A stretch of 63,785 bases of DNA, the filler included, from Psammoneis japonica (lineage: Eukaryota): assembly GCA_008632985.1 (NCBI GenBank). It is 4 parts of 4 records of this genome, joined end to end, with 100 filler letters (N's around TTAATTAATTAA, not from the genome) between each part and the next. Parts side by side here need not be neighbours in the genome. Positions count along the whole stretch, not along the records: positions 58,833 to 63,785 come from QPGO01000567.1; 3 more parts are not named here. The stretch is one strand, 5' to 3'. The position numbers and the translations under genes are program-made. Every line of letters starts with the position of its first letter. The first letter of the stretch is position 1. Below are positions 58,833 to 63,785 of the stretch, one piece after another. Under the pieces are notes generated by a model. It was not told the DNA's origin and ran no database searches. It saw only the letters and a list, made by a program, of their open reading frames with translations.

Positions 58833-60783
58833 TGCCCAAACCGTATTGGCAAGGGCTTGAGGCTTAAACTTTTCCAATTTCTGTATGGACACTCGGGCAA
58901 TGTTGCTCAAAAGCAACGGAGACGAATGGTCCAATGGTGGCATATGCCCAAACCGTATTTGCAAGGTTTTGTGGGTTAAACTTTTCCAGTTTCCGCATTG
59001 ACACTTTGGCAATGGCATCAAAAAGCAACGGAGACGAGTGCCCAACGGTGGCATATGCCCAAACCGTATTGCAAGTTTGCGGGTGGAACTTTTCAAGTTT
59101 CCGCATTGACACTTCGGCAATGCATCAAAAAGCAATTGAGACGAATGTCCAACGGTGGCAAATGCCCAAACCGTATTTGCAAGGTTTTGCGGGTTAGACT
59201 TTTCCAGTTTCCGCATTGACACTTTGGCAATGGCATCAAAAAGCAACGGAGACGAATGTCCAATGGTGGCATATGCCCAAACCGTATTTGCAAGGTTTTG
59301 CGGGTTAAACTTTTCCAGTTTCCGCATTGACACTTTGGTAATGGCATCAAAAAGCAACGGAGACGAGTGCCCAACGGTGGCAAATGCCCAAACCGTATTG
59401 CAAGGTTTTGCGGGTGGAACTTTTCAAGTTTCCGCATTGACACTTCGGCAATGGCATCAAAAAGCAATGGAGACAAGTGTCCAACAGAGGCAAATGCCCA
59501 AACCGTATTCGCAATATCTTGAGGCTTGAACTTTTCCAGTATCCGCATTGATACTTTGGCAATGGCATCAAAAAGCAATGGAGACGAATGTCCAACGGTG
59601 GCAAACGCCCAAACCATATTCGCAAGGGCTTGAGGCTTGAACTGTTCCAATTTCCGTATGGACACTTCAGCAATGGTATCAAAAAGCAATGGAGACAAGT
59701 GTCCAACAGAGGCAAACGCCCACACCACATTCGCAAGGGCCTTGGGTGGAACTCATCAAGTTTGGAAATTGATGATTCAGCAATGGCATCAAAAAGCAAT
59801 GGAGACGAATGTCCAACGGTGGCAAACGCCCAAACCATATTCGCAAGGGCTTGAGGCTTGAACTGTTCCAATTTCCGTATGGACACTTCAGCAATGGTAT
59901 CAAAAAGCAATGGAGACAAGTGTCCAACAGAGGCAAACGCCCACACCACATTCGCAAGGGCCTGGGGTGTGAACTCATCAAGTTTGGAAATTGATGATTC
60001 AGCAATGGCATCAAAAAGAAACGGCGATGAGTGTCCAACGGTGGCATATGCCCAGACCGCATTAGCAAGGCTTTGCGGACTGAAGAGGCTCATCTTTGGA
60101 ACTGATGCCATGGCGAGTTCATCGAAAAGCTCAGTTGAGGATTGTCCAGACTTTGCAAATGCCCACATGGTCATGGACAAACCCCTTGGAGAGAGACTGC
60201 CTTTTACTGCACGCACTCGCCCTCCCAATTCATCCCAAATGGCTGTCCCAAACTTTAACCTGCTCACGCTGGATATTTTTGCTAGAGAATGTGCAATCGA
60301 ACCAACCGAGTCAGAAGCATCACAGTCTATCACTTTCATGGNNNNNNNNNNNNNNNNNNNNNNNNNNNNNNNNNNNNNNNNNNNNNNNNNNNNNNNNNNN
60401 NNNNNNNNNNNNNNNNNNNNNNNNNNNNNNNNNNNNNNNNNNNNNNNNNNNNNNNTCATTTGTCGCTTCTTCTGGTAAATGTCAAGAACTCCAGAAACTC
60501 TTTCGATGTTTCTTAGGTCGGGTAATCTCCAATTTCGGTTGGCATCGCATCGCTTTTGTTTTGTTTGAGGCCCTCTTGCCCCTCTTGCATCACGCCTCTT
60601 GGAACGATTTCCATCACTCCTCCTACCACCATCTTCACTTTGTTGGGTCGTCATGAAATAAGGCGACGCATTTTCCCTCCAAAACGCCAAACGACTCGAC
60701 TGACAAACATGTCGATGAATCGGCACGTATCCAACAACGCTGTACAGCGCCAACAGCAGCAACAGCTTTCTCATCCCAAACAT
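58833..60783 (-). CDS. Helical-repeat RNA-binding protein (OPR/HPR, RAP-associated type), about 12 37-aa repeats, N-terminal signal peptide; gapped, 3' end missing, several 1-bp frameshifts
   Basis: Unit FxPQxLANxVWAFAxVGHxSPLLFDAIAxxSxxKLEx with ~111-bp period; leader MRKLLLLLALYSVVG-YVP. Confidence 0.85.
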
Positions 60784-61657
60784 GTGCCACGATCTTTGAA
60801 GTCTGCAAAAGCCGTTGAGTCAAATTCTCTCGTTTCTCTCTTGCAACACAATGATTGAGAATGGCAGCTTCAGCTTGTTAACCGCAACACTCAATGCAGT
60901 TTTTGATGTGCCTTACGTCGTTGTGGGTCGGTTTCTCAACACTTGCACTCCCCCGGTCTGTTCCTCGCCCCTGCGCGAGCGGGGGTTGTTCGACGCCGGT
61001 TGCATTGTAGAAGAAGCGGTGTGCAAGACTGCAAGCGCCAAGCAGAGCCGCAGCAGGCTTCAATTTCCGGTTTCTGTGAGCCTTGTTGCCAAGCTCATCC
61101 AACTGGACTTTGCTGGTCACAACAGGGATGAGTCGACTCTCAAGGTGTCAACCTGCCCAAGCTGAGCAAATTGCTTGTGGGGCCTGGCCTCCACATGCTG
61201 ACAAATTCACAGCAGAGAAAGAGCCTCGTCACCTGCAGATGCCAGGGCCCTGGAGGGGCTTGATGATGCAAAGGTTGCAACCACTGTTCGAGTGATGCAA
61301 CAGCCCAATGATGATGGGCTGCACACTGTGCTCTCCAGAGCCAAGCAACGTTGCACGCCCCAGTGCTGTTGTTTGTCATGCAGGCAGTGGTGTTGGGGGC
61401 AGTGAAGGGCGCAGGCCATTGGCACTTAGACTTGCCAAAGTTGACATGTGCTCCCATCGTGCCAGGGATTGCAGAGACACCCACACACCAGTCTCCAGCA
61501 CCTGTGCACATTGCAGTGCCCAGGACAACAGAAAACACCGTGTGCAATGGGCAGCGCAGCAACAGGCTCAACACATCCTGTGGGAGTGACTGAGTGAGTG
61601 ATTGCACAGTGTCAAAATGCAGTGTGTTTGGGACAACATTGCACTGCCTGCCAACTC

Positions 61658-63785
61658 AAAAAAAAAACCAATCTGCATTTAAAGTGCTGTCACTCCCTTG
61701 CCAGCTGAGCCGGCACCGGCAGACCCACACTTCCAGTGCACCGTCAAGTGCGGCAGAAGCTTGCTTGGATCAGCCAGAACGTGGGTGCCACCAAGAGATG
61801 ACACCCCTCCAAATTTAGTGAGTGCTGCAAAGTCTTCACGCTTTGCCTTCTTGAGGCCGCGTCTGCATTCTTTGCCACAGCAGATTCATGGTCCGTGAAG
61901 CAGAGTGGGGCATGTGATCATTGACTGAATCTAAGAGCACATCCCTGTCTTTGGCAAGATGTTCCTGTTGTTTGTTTCACACAGCCACAAGCTCAGCTTC
62001 CACCTGTTGGTGCTGAGATGATTGCCTTGACTCTGCGTCATGGCCATGAACCTCTCAATTGTGTTCTTCCCAAAGTTCCCACCAGAGCTTCCAAATGAAA
62101 GTTCCTGTCTGCACTCCCCAAACCAGAGGCGGACGATTTTCCCTGCAACACTTCTCCAGCAGGCCCATCTTGCAAAGGCGCATCTCCTGAGAAACATTTC
62201 AAAGGGTGGAAACCTGCCGACAAACACTTGTCACTGTCCTGTTTCTGACGGGGCTCTCCACAGCACTTGCAACATTGGGGCAGCATCTGACTCGTGCATC
62301 ATCTCACCTCGGAACCATGCTTCAATGGATGTCAACAACAAATCTCAAAGATGTGGCATTGTGTCAATTTTGTCACAGTGTTTGCACAGACCTTGTGAGA
62401 ATTTACAACATCAGGCCTCATTCTCTGGACAGCGTAGAGTGTCATGATTGCGATCTTCCATTGGGCTTTTGCATGCAAGACAATGATGTGGCCACACTGG
62501 ATTGCATTGACGAGTGATTTTGTTTGCAGGAAGAAGTTCATGGATGAGTTTGACGGTGGACACGTGTTTCTTGGAGTGCTGTTGGACAAGAGTTGCGTGA
62601 ACATTCCAGTCAATCTTCTCCATGGTTGATTCATCCCAGTCGTTCCATTCCCAAACACATGCAAGGAGAGCAGGAGCTGTGGCGGTGTGTCGAACAGTGG
62701 ATTTCAGTCCTGCAGCAACAGCTCCATCTGCAAGGCTCAGGTGCAATTGGCAGCAGGAAATGGGATCACCACCTTTGTGTCAGATTCATGTTGGCCTTGA
62801 TGTCATCCTCTGCCAATTTTTCAGCATGCACATTGACTTGAGCGTCAAGTGGGAGAGTTTCAACTGGAGAGTGTCTGTCCTGGTGCCCTTTCACCCACTC
62901 GATTGCGGAGCCTGACCTGGGAGGAGGAGTTGAGAACTTGTTTGGTGGCTGTGAGCATTTGATGTGTTTCATTGATGACATCCCAGTTGGATGACAGTGC
63001 ATTGGCATTGTGCTGACGTAAATGAAAATCTCTGTCGGACCGCTCTTGTGCCGAAGGGTCAATTGAAGGGCAACCATGAGACAGTCTGGTGGAAAGCACC
63101 CAAACCAAGGCCTTGTTGTCACACCAGTTGTCAACCCCTTCATGCAATGACATCTTGCAGAACTCAAGCAAACAAAAAGCAAACCATGCAAGGGACAAGA
63201 AACCATGAGCCTTGGTGCGATGAGATTGACGGCATTTGACCAAATGCCAGACCAGCGCAGTCCACCAAGGGTCTGCCCTTGAATGTGACAGTCCATCCAA
63301 AGGTTGCATTCTGATGAACAACTGAACCATTGCTGCCTGCCACAAGGTGACATGATGCAAAATGATCCACCATTTCTTAGAGAGAGGTGTGAAATTTGAT
63401 GGCAGAGAAGAGAGTTGACTCCCAGGAAGGCAAGGCATGCAGGCAGTCTGCAAAAAGGTCAGGCAAGGGAGTGCTTGTTTCCACCAAGAGTTTTGGGCAA
63501 TGAGGCACATGTTTCCATCGTTGATCATGGGTGGTGACCATCTTGTCTGGGAATGATGAGTCAAAGGGGGAGGGAACAGTCTTGGTCTGATGCAGCAACA
63601 TCGTTGCTGTGCCCTGGACCAAAAACACATCAAAATGGTTGGAGATCAAATGTGCAAGTGCGATTCTTCTGGAGACCAGCATGCAGAGGATTGCATCCTC
63701 ATCTTAGAAGGGGAGCCAGCCAGTCACCCAAGGGAGCCTTCAGGCAAACTGAGTCTTGACGACACAACAACCCGCACACAAACGC
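61658..63785 (-). mobile_element. Second Ambal-like LINE (RNase H to 3' end), continuing beyond the window
   Basis: AGSNGSV..ATFGWT, WCDNKALV, NWDVINE, EWVKGHQD, AQVNVHAEKLA, CLACKSPMEDRNH..RC; 3' UTR homologous to 31460-31563, ending GG-T10. Confidence 0.88.

Noticed and set aside
58833..59760. Programmed frameshifting or pseudogenisation in the repeat gene
   Set aside because: Single-base losses in collapsed-looking repeats beside a contig end are more simply assembly errors; cannot decide without reads
1..63785. Sequencing or chemical artefact, or alternative genetic code
   Set aside because: The effect is regional, graded within contigs and differs between paired repeats, while neighbouring genes use Tyr and standard stops. 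A raw-read check is still advisable.

Overview
Eukaryotic, repeat-rich scaffold with N-gaps and three artificial 100-bp contig spacers. It is most likely from a diatom (inferred from a CoDi-type Copia, Ambal-like LINEs, an NTT transporter remnant, DxKPAA motifs and bipartite-type leaders). About 1-40.7 kb is a nest of transposons. It holds a Copia RT/RNaseH split by a complete Ngaro-type tyrosine-recombinase retroelement, and an unknown ORF with TET/JBP-like motifs. It also holds a Ginger/KRBA2-like integrase carrying Ulp1 and RING domains, 23-bp satellite arrays, an RNaseH-bearing LINE, an internally deleted hAT with 8-bp TSD, a TA-type MITE and a piggyBac-like transposase. About 41-51 kb is mostly genic or pseudogenic (NTT, DEAD-box, TPR and GNAT remnants plus one intact-looking ORF). 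Then come decayed DNA, a 37-aa helical-repeat (OPR/HPR-like) gene and a second LINE. Main discovery candidate: whole domains are almost purged of TpA (TA->TG or CA, i.e. A->G on either strand) in addition to CpG decay. This looks like a RIP-like genome-defence hypermutation of opposite polarity to fungal RIP. Its direction can be read inside the window from an unmutated/mutated paralogous pair (44.0-44.5 kb vs 58.3-58.7 kb). It also shows in Tyr->His/Cys changes at conserved motifs, in altered TIR/TSD/splice signals, and in sharp domain boundaries. All family assignments come from motif recognition by eye; no searches were run.
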